Source: Trichodelitschia bisporula (Eukaryota). Taken from it: DNA of 64,000 bases. Shown here piece after piece: positions 35,362-48,193 of this stretch (within the stretch, counting starts at the first letter, position 1; each line of letters begins with the position of its first letter). The notes below the pieces were generated by a model. That model did not search any database and was not told the DNA's origin. It worked only from the letters and a program-made list of their open reading frames with translations. The stretch spans positions 64,364 through 128,363 of the forward strand of contig ML996696.1 of assembly GCA_010356995.1 (NCBI GenBank), read 5' to 3'. Position numbers and translations under genes: made by a program.

Positions 35362-38300
35362 ATGCACGCCCCCTACCGCCCCGGGCAGGGCCTCCCCCCT
35401 CCTCCCCCCCCCCCAAAACACCACCGGCGCCCCAACCGGCCTCGGAATCCCCCTCCCTCCCCCACCGCCCCTCCCCCGCAACCAGCAACAACACACAATG
35501 ATGATCCCCCCGCCGCCGCCCGCCGCCCCGCCCAGCGCTCACCCGACGTACTGGAACCGGCAACCGAGCTACACGCCGCTCAACGCAGCGCCCGTGCCGT
35601 ACAACCCCACCGCGTACCAGAACTACAGCCAGACGAGCCTGATGCCGCAGAGCCAGAACAATGAGACGCTGGTTAGTGCGACGTATATCCCTGGTGGTGA
35701 GGGGTGGGGGCCGGGCGTGGGTATTCCGCCCCTCTATCCGCTTCCGAGGCAGGAGAGTTATGCGGATTATGCGCAGGCCGGCACGTACAATGCGCAGGCC
35801 GGCACGTATAATGCGCAGCAGATGATGACGAATCGCACGCCGGTTGAGGATCAGGGATATCAGCAGGATAACAGGACGTATCAGAATGTCCATCGGCAGC
35901 CGTCCACGTCCCGGAATATTGCCATTCCCGGTCGCGATATTCCTGCGTACCAGTCGCCTGGCCCCCCGACGGCGACGATGGCGAACCCGCAGCATCCGTC
36001 GCCGGCCCAGCAACAGGCCAACCTCGCTGCCATCGGCCACACGCCGCTCTCCCCGTCCGACCCCGGCGCGCAATGGCCCCTCGAGCGTGTACTCTCCTGG
36101 CTCGCGCAACAGGGCTTCTCGAAGGACTGGCAGAAGACGTTTGAAGTGCTCAACCTGCACGGATCGCAGTTCTTACAGATTGGCGGCGGTCACGGCGTCC
36201 GCGGCAATGTTGGCATGATGCACTCTATCATCTTCCCCAAGCTGCAGCAGTTGCAGGGCTCGGCGTATGATCCCAGTGTTGAGCGTGAGGAGGGGAAGCG
36301 TCTGCGGCGCTCGGTGCGCAAGATTGTTGAGCATGGCGCGGCGGGGAGTGGGCTTACGCCACATCGGCGCGAGGCTTCGCTTACCAGCGCTGGTACTGAT
36401 CATACTGTCGAGACATCTCCTGGTCTCGGCGGTCCGAACTTTACGTCCACGCCTACGACCGCGGGTACGGGTGACGATAGTCCTGGACGCTACCAGTCTC
36501 CCGGTGCGCTCTTCACCTCGCGCCGCAGCTCGACCAATCGTCCCCTGCAGGGCGACTACGCGGAGAACAATAACAACAGCCGTAGCCCCTGGACGCAGGA
36601 CATCCTACGCAACATCGGGGACTCGTTTTCGAACAGAAAACACAGCCGCACCGCGAGCCGCGAGTTTGTGCCCGAGCCGAATAGCGCCTCGCATCGCGAT
36701 GTCATGCGCCAGGCGAGCCCGCAGCAGCAGAGTCCCGGGGTTCAGGCTGCGAAACTGAGTTCTTCGGCGCCGCGCGCGGGGTTCCATGCGAGAGAGATGA
36801 GTACGGATTCGGGGACTACGCGGCGCAATGCGCTGGAGGGGCCGCGGCCGCCGAGTACGGATGTTGCGACAAGAAATGCGAATGGGACTGGGGAGACGCC
36901 CGTCAGTGCGAAGGAGCATAAGGGGTTGTTTGCACGGCTGAAGCGTAAGGAGCGCAATGGCGAGGCGCACCCTTCGCCTGACGACTCGAGCATCGAGAGC
37001 CCGACGAGTCCGATTGACCTCATTAAGGGCACGTTCATGAGCGTCATGCCCCGTGCGAGCCACAACTCGAGCGAGGTGAGCCTGCACCGGCACTCAGCGT
37101 ACGCGGACGACCGCGGCGGCGGCGTGCCCGTCGATGCGGCGCCGCGCCGCTTCGTCTTCGTGACATACGACGGGTGGAATTATCGCCTCGTCGAGGTCAC
37201 GCACGTTGATTCAGCGGCCTCGATGCGCCAGGCCATCATGGACAATCTGGGCATGCCGCATCTCGCCACCGTCAGCCTGCATCTCACACAGCCGGGCCAG
37301 ACAGAGCATGACGAAGCCCTCTCCGATGACCTGCTCATGTACGCCCGGCGCAGCATGGCGGATGTGGCGGGCACGCTCAAAATTTTCGCTAACATCCCGG
37401 CTGACGCGCTCCCCGCCGGGGCAAACAGCAAGCGCATGTCCGTCACCGGGCGCCCGCTCAGCGACGCCATGATTACCCGCCTCAAAACGGACAATAACGA
37501 CTCGCCTACCGATCCGCCGAAGAGCTCACCGGCTGATGATCGTCCCGACCGCAAATACCGCGCTTACATGGACCAGCGCAAAGCACGCCTCGCCCGCGAC
37601 GCAGGCGACAAGGATCAAGGCCCGGGCATCCGCGCCTCCCGCACCGTGGACTTCGACGAGGGCCGCCCGTCCCCGTTCCCCAAGGGCCAGTCGCCGCAAG
37701 AAACCGCCGCGCCAGATGCGCCCGCCCGCCCGCCCTCCGCACCCCATCTCGCCCCCCACCCCGCCACCGACGCCGGCCGCCCCTCCCCCTTCCTCGACTC
37801 CGGGCGCTTCGATCCAGGTCGGCGCAGTCGCGAATTGTTGCCGCACCGCCCGCCCCCGCCCCTGCCTGCCGCCGACTCAGATACGCTGATCAAAGTCAAC
37901 AGCCTGAGCAAGCGCGGGTCCGGCGGGCACAAGCCGCGCAAATCATGGCCGGGTCCAGAGGGAACTTCCCCGCCCAGGCGCGCTCTCGCGGCTGTTGAGT
38001 TTGCCGCGCGGGCGGGCAGTCCAGGTGCGTATTCCCCACGCTCGCCCGGCATGCGCACTATGAGCCCCGGGGGTACACGATTTGTTATTCCTGACTATGT
38101 GCAAGGTGCCCCTCATGGCGAGGCGAGTCCGCCGGCTAAACCAGCTCTCACTTTGCAGATTGCGAATCCAGTTACAAGGCGCGCTGGTGCGGCGCAGGCG
38201 GAGAGGCCAAGGAGCCCGGAGATGAGTCCGACGGATGCGAGGCCGGATAAGGCGCAGCTGGCGCGGATGCAGAGCCGGAAATATGGACCGAATTTCGAGT

Positions 38301-40177
38301 TCAAGGAGGCGCAGGTTGAGTGGCGGATGCCCGTGCAGGCGGCGCCGGTTGCGGAGGAGGATTCGGATTCGGATGATAGTCTTTTTGCGGTGCAGATTAG
38401 GAAGATGCCCGGGGATTCAGCGGCGAGCTCGGCGCATCCGGATAATGAGCCAAGGAGTCCCGGGCTGCCGCAGTTGCAGGTTAATACTACCCGCTCGAGG
38501 GTGGCGTTCGATCCGGCGCCGGCGGAGCACAGTGCGAGTCCGTACAGCCCGGGCTCGGCGGAGAATAGTGGGCATCCTGGCGCTACGCCTAGTACCCCCG
38601 ACGACTGGGACAATAAGTTCCTCCGGAGACAATCTTTTGCGAGCGATGTTTGGGCGAACCGTCCCCCCGCTGAGGGCATCGTGGATCATCTGGATGAGTT
38701 CTTCCCGAATCTCAATCTCGATCAACCGGTTATCGAAGAGACGGTGGACGACGACGGCCTGGGCAAGGAAATCGACACGGGCACCTCTGGCACCGCAGTC
38801 TCGACTCTCAAAAGCGAATCCGACACGCTCGGCTCAGACGAGAGCACGCTCAAGCGTGGCGACACCATTGCCTCCATTGCGCGCCGCAACGTTGCCCGGT
38901 CAGGTGGCCTGGGGCGCACCCGGTCCATCCGCGAAGTCGTCCAGTCCGCATACCAGCACCCGCCGCTGCCCGCCCCGGTGCCCGTCGCTGGACCGGGACC
39001 GGGACCGGGACCGAGCGTTGCAAGAGTCAATACGCTACGCCAGAACGCAAGCGGTGCGATCCAGCGCCGCAAGAGCACGAAGATGTTCGGCGCGCGGATC
39101 GAGCAGGTCAAGCCCCCGCGCGGGAGCCGGCTGCTGCATCTGGAAACCATTCCGCAGGACACGATTGCCTTGCCCGAGCCCGCTGCGCCGAGTGTACCGG
39201 CTCCGCCGAAGCGGCAGGCGACGTTTAAGTGGGTCAAGGGCGAACTGATTGGGAAGGGGACGTTTGGGCGGGTGTACCTCGGGATGAATTTCACGACTGG
39301 AGAACTCATTGCCGTGAAGCAGGTGGAGGTGAATGCGAAGGCAGGGGGGGGAGACAAGGAGAAAGTGAGGGAGATGGTGGCGGCGTTGGATATTGAGATC
39401 GATACGATGCAGCATCTTGATCATCCGAATATCGTCAGCTACCTGGGGTGTGAGAGAAGGGAGTTCAGCATCAGTATTTTCCTGGAGTATATCTCTGGTG
39501 GGAGTATTGGGAGCTGTTTGAGGAAGCATGGCAAGTTCGACGAGCCGATTGTGAGTAGTTTGACGAGGCAGACGCTGAGCGGGCTTGCGTATTTGCACAA
39601 CGAGGGGATTTTGCATCGGGATTTGAAGGCGGATAACATCCTGCTTGACGTCGATGGGACGTGCAAGATCAGCGACTTCGGGATCAGCAAGAAGACGGAT
39701 AATATCTACGGGAACGACGTGTCGAATAGCATGCAGGGGAGCGTGTTCTGGATGGCGCCGGAGGTTATTCGGAACATGGGGCATGGATACAGCGCCAAAG
39801 TGGATATTTGGTCCTTGGGCTGCGTGGTGCTGGAGATGTTTGAAGGGAGGAGGCCGTGGAATAAGGAGGAGGCTATTGGGGCGATTTATAAGTTGGGGAG
39901 TTTGAATCAGGCGCCGCCGATTCCGGATGAGGTGTCTGCGGGGATTAGTCCGCAGGCCTTGAGCTTTATGCTGGATTGCTTTACGATGTGAGTTGGCTCT
40001 CGTACATGGGGGGGGGGTTGGTTGGATGTTTGGGATGGGGCTAATGTGTTGTGCTGCAGTGATCCGGCGGATCGGCCGACGGCGAAGAGGCTGCTTGATC
40101 ATCCGTTTGCGTTTTTTGATCCGCATTATAATTTCTTGGATACGGATCTTTATGCGCGGCTTAGGCCGGGGAAGTAA
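35362..40177 (+). CDS. BCK1: Cell-wall-integrity MAP kinase kinase kinase; intron 39988-40059; likely start ATG 35362 requires a 1-nt shift in the C11 run 35404-35414 (first in-frame ATG as assembled is 35498)
   Basis: SAM-like WPLERVLSWL..FSKDWQKTF, DVWANRPPAE..LDEFFPN, RRKSTKMFG, kinase GELIGKGTFGRVY, HRDLKADN, GSVFWMAPEV. Confidence 0.95.
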
Positions 40178-41048
40178 GGCGGTGTCTCGAGGGTGAGGAG
40201 AGAGGAGGGGAGGTCGAGGCCTTATGCTGGAACTTGGGCGTTGGGGCGCGTGTGGGGTTTGGGCGGAGGGATGGAGCGGATGGAGTTCCAGGGAGTGATT
40301 GAGGGACGGGATGGGATGTGATGCAATATGGGACCGGGCGCACACTGGACTCGCGGCGATGCGTGCGGCATTTGGACTTGCGATATGGTACGGACATGTA
40401 CGTAGTGTGTATTCAGCCGGTTTACTGACGCCTTTTGGCCCGTTTGTGTGACCGGCGTGTAGGCGTACCTACCGCATCAATGGTGTTTCCCGCATCATGC
40501 GAGCGCACGTTGACTTCGCCGGAGGGGAAGTTGGCTCGCGTGTGTGGGACCCCGGATCTGCCACGCTACCAAAAGCTTCCAGGGGAGGCCATCAACTTGA
40601 AAACGAGACTTTCGATGACCCTCCCCGGCCACGCCCTCAGCCTTACCCTCCGGCACGTGCCGCCCTCGTGTCCAACCTCCCGCCAGGCACCACGGCCCCC
40701 ACCAGGCATACACCTACCTATCACAAGGCTGAGAAACCACATTTACCAACATCATTTCCCTTCCGTAGACGCGCGTGGTTCTCCAACCCCCAAAAAAAAG
40801 CCGCACATACTGCTTCGTAATCCGTCTGCCAACCCCCCGTAGCCGATCTCGCAGCCTAAGCGACTTCGGCCCCGCATAATCGGCACGCTCCCGCCGCGCC
40901 CATCCATGCCGTCATTCCCGGTCCGCGCGTCGTCACACCGGGGCGGGGTATATGAGGGTCACAACGCCGCCTCAGCGCCCACACTCCCTTTATCCAGTCC
41001 CCAACACCCCTCAGAAGTCCCCCTAACCTAATTTCTCCCCCCGCAACC

Positions 41049-42090
41049 ATGGCCTCCCCAAAAACCGCCGTCAAAGTCGTCTTCGGCGCAATGACCTTCG
41101 GCGCGGAAGGTCCGCTCCCCCCCCGCTTCCAACCCCCTCCATCCAACTAACCCTGCCGCAGGCAAAGAACAAGCCCGCACGCACGACCTCGCCGCCGCCG
41201 CTGAGATCCTGGACGTTCTCCAGGCACACGGGCACTCCGAGGTCGACACGGCGCGCACCTACGCCGGCGGCACGAGCGAAGAGTACCTCGGACAGCTAGA
41301 CTGGCGCGCGCGCGGCCTTACGCTGGCGACCAAGATCAGTCCGCGCAGCGGGGTGTGGCGGCATGATGGACCGGGCCTGCGCGAGGCGCTGCGGCAGTCC
41401 CTGTCCGCGCTCAAGGCGGATAAAGTCGACATGTGGTACCTGCACGCGCCGGACCGGAGCGTGGCGTACGAGGAGACGTTGCGCGTCGTCGACGAACTGC
41501 ACCGCGAGGGCAAATTTGACAGATTTGGAATCAGCAATTATGCGGCGTGGGAGGTGGCGCAGATTTCCGAGATATGTATACGCGAGGGGTGGATTCGCCC
41601 CACTGCGTATCAGGGCGTGTATAATGCGCTGCATCGGGCGGTGGAGCCGGAGTTGTTCCCGTGCTTGAGGAAGTATGGGATTAGCTTTTATGAGTTTAAT
41701 CCGCTTGCGGGGGGGTATTTGACGGATCGGTATCATAGGGATCAAGAGGAGGTTGAGGCGGGGAGTCGGTTTGATCCGAAGCGGAATCAGGGTGCAAATT
41801 ATCGCCGGAGGTATTGGAAGAGTGAGTACTTTGATGCGTTGGATGTGCTGCGGCCGGTGGCGAAGAGGCATGGGCTTACGGAGGCGGAGTGTGCGCTGAG
41901 GTGGATTCAGAATCATTCGTTGCTGAGTGGGGAGGCGGGCGATGCGGTGATTATTGGCGCGAGTAGTAAGGAGCAGTTGGAGGAGAATTTGGTGAATATG
42001 GAGAAGGGGCCTTTGCCGCAGGAGGTGCTGGATGCGCTGGATGAGGGGTGGGCGAAGGTGAAGGGGGTTTGTGCGAGTTACTTCCATTAG
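41049..42090 (+). CDS. Aldo-keto reductase (AKR7/aflatoxin B1 aldehyde reductase-like); intron 41110-41161
   Basis: VVFGAMTFG, EVDTARTY, LATK, YLHAPD, GISNYAAWEV, YQGVYNALHR, FNPLAGG, IIGASS. Confidence 0.93.
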
Positions 42091-42435
42091 CGGAGGAGAG
42101 CTGTCGGTTGGGTTGAGGAGCAGTCCTTGTGTCTTCTGGAGGGCGGATGGGTTTACGATCGGGCTCTGAATTGCGTTTTAGCACCGAGTTTTTGTATCCG
42201 CGAGGCACCACGGGGATATATTCGGAGATAATCGATACACCTTGACTTGTGAGACGGATGCTAAACGGCGAAGTGATATCACCCTGACAAAATAATAACC
42301 CAGAAATGCAAAATGACAACAGCACGAAGTGCCACAAGAAGAAAAAGAAACCCCATTTCCAACTCCCGCCCACCGAAGCAGACCACATTTTCCCACTTCC
42401 CCGATACTCCCATCCCGTCCAAAGCTCCCCCACCC

Positions 42436-45400
42436 TCACGGAAGTACCGTCGTACTCGTCTGCACCGAACTCGCCGTCGCCGAACTCACCACCGTTGTCG
42501 TCGCATTACACGTCTGCGCACAAAGAACCCTCAACCCCACCACGCTCTTCGGCTGATTAAAGCTAAACATCGTGCCATTCATCGTGCCATTCACCGGCCC
42601 AGCCCCCATAAACCTCACCGTAGCCTCCGTCCCCGTATCCCCAACCATATAATAATCAAACGTCCCGCACCCCCGGCCTGGCCGCATCATACCGGGCCGT
42701 AAACGACCAGTGCAGATTGGGGTTATACAAAGGCCGGGCGACCCATTCCACGGCCAGTGTCCAGGCTGTCATGCTGTAGGAGATGCCGTCGCCTGTGCCT
42801 TGCAGGTACAGGTCTGTCCACAGGGGGGCGATGACGCCGGTTACGGCCGTCCCGAAGTTGGAGGTAGGGAAGGCAGTGTGGGCGAATTGAGAGGATCCGG
42901 CGCCGAGGGAGAGGAACTGGCGGGTTAGCATGCGAGGGTTTGTGAGAAAAAGAAATTGGGGGGCTTACGCCGTTGGAGCTGGCGTAGACTTTGTTGGTGG
43001 GGGGCTGGGAGAATGTTAGTGAGGAAGAGGTGGTTGGGCTGGATGATGTGGTGCTGGGTGATGTGCTGGAGGGGATGCTGCTTGATGTGCTGGGTGTGCT
43101 GCGAGATGACGAAGAGCTGCTTGATGATGAGAAGGTGCTTGATGGTGGGGAACTGCTCGGTGATGAGCTGCTCGATGACAAAGAGCTGCTCGATGATGAG
43201 GAGCTGCTTGACAATGAAGGGCTGCTCGATGATGAAGTACTGCTCGACGAGGAAGAGCTGCTTGATGAGGAAGAGTTACTTGATGAGGGAGAGCTGTTTG
43301 ATGAGGAAGAGCTGCTCAATGAAGTCGAGCTGCTCGTCGACGTGGTCGAAATAATCGTCGACACTAAACTACTCGTCGCCGTCGCCCACGTCGTATTCCC
43401 CGGTATCCTCTCCGTCCCATTCCTCCCCAAATCCGTCAACCCCCCACGCTGATCCAAAAACGTCGCATTGGGCCCGACATTGCTAACATCGCTCCTAAAC
43501 GCCCCAAACCACGCATACCGCTCCACATACGTCAGTCGATCCATATACGCCACACTCTGATTAAACTGCGCCTGCGTAGTTGGCAGATCCACATGCGCAT
43601 CCGCCACCTCCGTGACCCAAATCGTCATGCTCGGGTACGTAGCCCGCATCTGCCCGATCTGCCCCGCCAGACCCTGGAAGTTGCCGTACCAGTGCACGCT
43701 CGCGAAGGACGCACTACACCGGCCCGCACACGCAGTGAAGAACTGCTGCAGCCAGGTAAAACCCCCCGGGCTCCCCGTCACAGCCCGCGCTCCGAGCCTA
43801 ATTCCATACACGGCGAGGGGCTCGATGTCGCTGATCCAGCGGGTGGCGACGGCGGCGGGGGTGATTTGCGAGACCCTGGTGGAGAAGTTGCGGTCTGGCT
43901 CGTTGAAGGTGAGCACGTGGGTTATGTTGGCGCCTGCGAAGAGCTGGGCCAGGACCGTTGCGGTGAAGTTGGTGGCGAAGTTGCCCCAGAGCATGGGGAC
44001 GAATTGGAGGGGGGTGTTGTTGAAGGGGGCGGAGGGGGTGGAGGCGTAGTTGTAGTACCAGGACAGAGGTGGAAGGAGCCAGTTCGTGGCGTCTTCTGGG
44101 TGGGGAGGGTGGTGGAGGCGTAGACGAGGCCGCGTTTGGAGGTTAGGGGGGAGGCGGTGGGGGTGGAGGAGGAGGTGGAAGATGAGAGGGTTGAAGAGGT
44201 AGAGCTAGTAGACGGCGAAGCGGAAGAGGTAGAGCTGGTAGACGGCAAAGTGGAGGAACTTGAGCTTGATGACGAAGCGGACGACCTCGAGCTTGACGAA
44301 GAAACAGACGAACTCGAGCTTGACGAGGAAACAGACGAACTCGTGCTCGATGACGATGAAGCAGACGAACTCGAGCTGGGAGACGACGTAGAAGATATGA
44401 ACCGAGATGGTCGACGAAGTGGAAGAGCTCGAAACCGAAGATAACGTGGAAGACGACGTGGAAGACGAAGTGGCCGATGATATGGTCGAGGAGCTCACGG
44501 ACGGGGACGAGGAGGTTGATGATGAAGTGCTGGAGCTGGAAGAAACGGAAGTCGAACTTACCGTTGAACTGGACATCGAAGATGTGGTGCTGCTGCTGCT
44601 GGAGCTGGAGCTGGAGCTGGACGATAGCGTTGAGGTTGAACTTGAAGACAGGCTTGAGGAGGTGATAGTTGATGATGCCGATGTTCTTAGTGTTGAACTG
44701 GATGCTGAGCTCGAAGTGCTTGACAACGTGGAAGAACTCATGGATGTCGTTGAGGAACTCATAAAAATCGTTGAGGAGCTCATGGTAGAACTCGAGGGAC
44801 TCATGGACGCCGTGGAGGAACTCATCAAAGAACTCGAAGAAGCCGGAGCGGATGAGACCAATGAGCTCGTAGACGACGAACTCGACATTATAGACGAGCT
44901 GCTTGAACCCGATTACGAGCTTGCCGAAGATGACGGACTCGACATAACTGAGCTCGACATCGTACTTGACATCAGACTTGACATTGCACTCGACGGCATC
45001 GAGCTGGACATACTCGAAGTCGAAGAACTCGAAGCCACTGAGCTTGTCGAACTGCTGGGGCTGCTAGAGCTTGAAGTCGAGAAGCTGCTCATCATTGAGG
45101 ACGGGACACTGCTGCTCGACATAGCCATGCTGCTGGACGAAGAAGTGCTGGACGACATGCTGCTCGTAGCCGAGCTCGAGGGCGAGGAGCTCGCTGCAGC
45201 CGAACTGGCCGAACTTGAGGAACCCGACGAGGAGGCGGGTGCGGGTGAAGTTGCCGAGCTGGGAGCCGATACCGAATCCGAAGTCGAGGACGCAACCGAA
45301 ACCGACACCGCCGTATCCGAAGACATAGAACGCGGCATCGAACTAGTCGAACTCGCCCCCTCAACAACCCTAACCCTCAACCCCACCTCCACGCCCCCAT

Positions 45401-46089
45401 CCCAAGGCTGTCCCATCATCGTCTGTCTCTTCCTCCCCGCCGGCGCCTCGCCCGCATCCCCACCACCACCACACACTCCCCCCCCACAAGCACCCACCTC
45501 GCGCTATCCCTATCCTACCCCTCCCCCTCAACCCTCCAAACCAACCACTCCCCCTCAACACCGAACCCACTGCTCACCGGCCCAACCGAGTCCCCGGTGT
45601 GAGGCGCGAAGACTTGCCCATCAACGCCATGCTCGGTGTTATACACCAACCCATCCCGCGTGACAACTGCCCGTCGACGAGGTTGAGTGTGGCGGGGGGA
45701 GGGAGGGAGGACGACCCGCCGCTGGGCTGCAGTAGGAGGAGAGGCATTGGGGAGCTGGGGAGGAGGGAGGAGCTCGGGGGCGGGAAGTCGGGTAGTGTCA
45801 ACGGGCCCGGGACGGTGCGGATGCTTTTGGGGAGGGGCATCGAATTCGAATTTGGGCCTGCCGACGACATGGATGGGGAGGAGGCGGAGGGCATGGCCAG
45901 CGGCACGACTTCGAGCCAGAATCCCGCCCCCGCGCTCACAGCCGCATCGGTTGGATTCGGCGGCCCAGAACCGGTGAGGGAGCTGGTGGGGGGCGGGGAC
46001 GCGGTGCAGAGGCCGTGGGTGCGGGTTATGGTGAGGAGTTCGGCGGATATGAGACCTGGGAGGAGGAAGAGGAGAAAGAGGCGAGACAT
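42436..46089 (-). pseudogene. Large secreted Ser/Thr-rich GH128 beta-1,3-glucanase gene with multiple lesions
   Basis: Signal peptide at 46089; GH128 motifs KRGLVY, WYYNY, FVPMLWG, FNEPD, VHWY, IWVTE, VERYAWFG. Stops near 45515 and at 44913; frameshifts near 45660, 45460, 44400, 44100 and 42670. Confidence 0.8.
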
Positions 46090-46559
46090 GGTGTGGTTTC
46101 AGGTGAAGGAGGATAAAGATGCTGAAGGATATACTTGTAAAATGAGTGTAGTGGTTAACGAACGGACGTCAGGCGTAATGGAGTGATCGCACCCGCGAAG
46201 GTCTCAGCCGAAGGAACGTTAAGATCGTGAAAGGAGTGGGGGGGCTGCGAAGTAAGACGTAGCCGACTCGAAGCGTGGTAAGTAATCCCGCCCGCGCCGC
46301 TCATTCTGCGGGCATCACGTCTTGAGGGAATGCTGCTTCGGTAAACATGTCCCTTACTCCAGGGGTGGGAACTCATTTCTTCGTACATTCCACATTCGCG
46401 TCCCTAATTACCAACAGCACAAGCCTTGCACCGCACTAAGAATTACTCAAACTACACGTAAGCGTACATACCGACTCGAACCCCCCCTTTTCCAGCGTCC
46501 AAACTATACACCGAAGATCAGGTAGTGAAAGACCGACGCCCCCAATCCCGTTTCCCTAT

Positions 46560-48193
46560 CTACAACAGCACCAAGCCCGCGCCGAAACCCGCTGCTACGA
46601 CGAGATACGCACCCATCAACAAGCTCTGGGTCGGCACCGTGCTCACCGCAGCGCCCTTCTTCGCGCTGCCCGTGCCACTGCCACTCCCACCGCTGCCAGT
46701 CACGGTCCCCGTCCCGGCGGCACCAGCCTGGCTAACAAGCGCCGCACACGTCCCCGACGCAGTAGTTAAGCTCTTAAGCGTCGCGGAGCCACCAAAATCG
46801 CACGCCGTCGACGCACTATTCTGGCCCTTGTAGTACTGGTTAAGCACAAAGCCGAGCTGCTCGGTAGAATTGCAGACGGAGTACGCGCCGTACGCGCCCG
46901 TCAGGGCGTTGGCCTGGATGCCGGCGCAGTACTTGACGCCCATGCCGCAGACCTGGCCGAACAGCTTGCCGTAGTCCTTTTCGGAGATGGCGGTCGAGGG
47001 CACGCATTGCAGGGACTGGTACATGCAGCTGCAGAGCTGGTTGTTGGGCCCGGGGGGGAGGGGCGAGCTCTTGGCTTCCCAGGTGCCGGTTTGCACGGGT
47101 GGGCAGGAGGCGGGCTTGTTGGTGGGGTTGTAGGAGTCCATGTTCACGCCGGTGGGGGCGATGGAGGCCAGGCGGCTGGAGAGGGCGGTGAAGTCCGGGA
47201 GCAGGGAGGCCTTGGTGCCGGTGACGGAGACGAGGCCTGGGAGATTAGCAAGGGTTTGACGTGAAAAAGACACAACTTACCGTAGTTGTTCGCCTCCTGG
47301 AAGTACATGTAGACAATGCCACCCGAGAACACGCCGGTCATGTCGGAGCTGTACAGAGAATCGACTTCACTGAACTTGCGCGGCTGGACGGTGTTGCAGC
47401 CGTATTCGGCGAAGAATGATGGCACCGAGTAGCTCGAGAACTCCTGGACGCGCTTGTCGTAGCCCGACTCCGTGAAGGACGAATCGCCGCACCACGAGTA
47501 GATGTTGTAGCCCCAGAAGTCGATTGCCTCGCTCTGGTCACCGCAGTTGAAGTAGTTGGCCATGTTCTCGCGAATGACGGCATCGTCGTTGGTCGCATAT
47601 CCGACGTACATGGTGCGGTATCCCTTGGCCTTGATGTACGCCTTGGTATCGCGCACGGCCGCCTTCACGAAAGCGCTCGCGTTGGTGTTGGTCTTGTTGT
47701 TGGACACCTCGTTGCCGGCAAAGAAACCAATGACATTGTTGTACTGCGAGAACATGTCAACAACGGCGGTGTAGCGCTCGTAGAGGGCATCGTTCCAGGC
47801 GGGCGAATCGCGGTTGATGGACAGGTTCGGCTGGCCCAGGTCGGCAATGATGTAGATCTCGTTATCAAGGAGCAGCTGCATGCACTTGGAGTGGTCCTTG
47901 GTCGGGTCGACGGCGTACGTGCGGATGACATTGGTATTGAGCTGCTTCAACAACGGAATGTCCTGCGCGCAGCGCGTGGCGTCGGCCAGAGGGTCGAGGT
48001 AGTCGGTAGAGTCGGAAGTGGCGCCGCTGGGCCCGATATCCTGCTGGTAGGCGACGCCGCGGATGAAGAACTGCGTGCCGTTGGACTTGTAGAAGAACTT
48101 GGAGCCCTTGATCACGATGGGATCGACGTCAGCGACGACGGAGCGCGCAAAGAGCGCTGCCGCCGCGACAGCAGTAGCAATGGTGAAACGCAT
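46560..48193 (-). CDS. GPI-anchored 1,3-beta-glucanosyltransferase, GH72 with CBM43/X8 Cys-box (Gas1/Gel4-type); intron 47237-47280
   Basis: Signal peptide, [36 protein letters not shown], Cys-box CSCM..C..CG..C..C..CDF, S/T/G linker and hydrophobic GPI tail. Confidence 0.96.

Noticed and set aside
42991..45663. Acidic E/L/D-rich plus-strand ORFs (418 aa and 153 aa)
   Set aside because: Reverse complement of the Ser-rich tracts of the GH128 gene.
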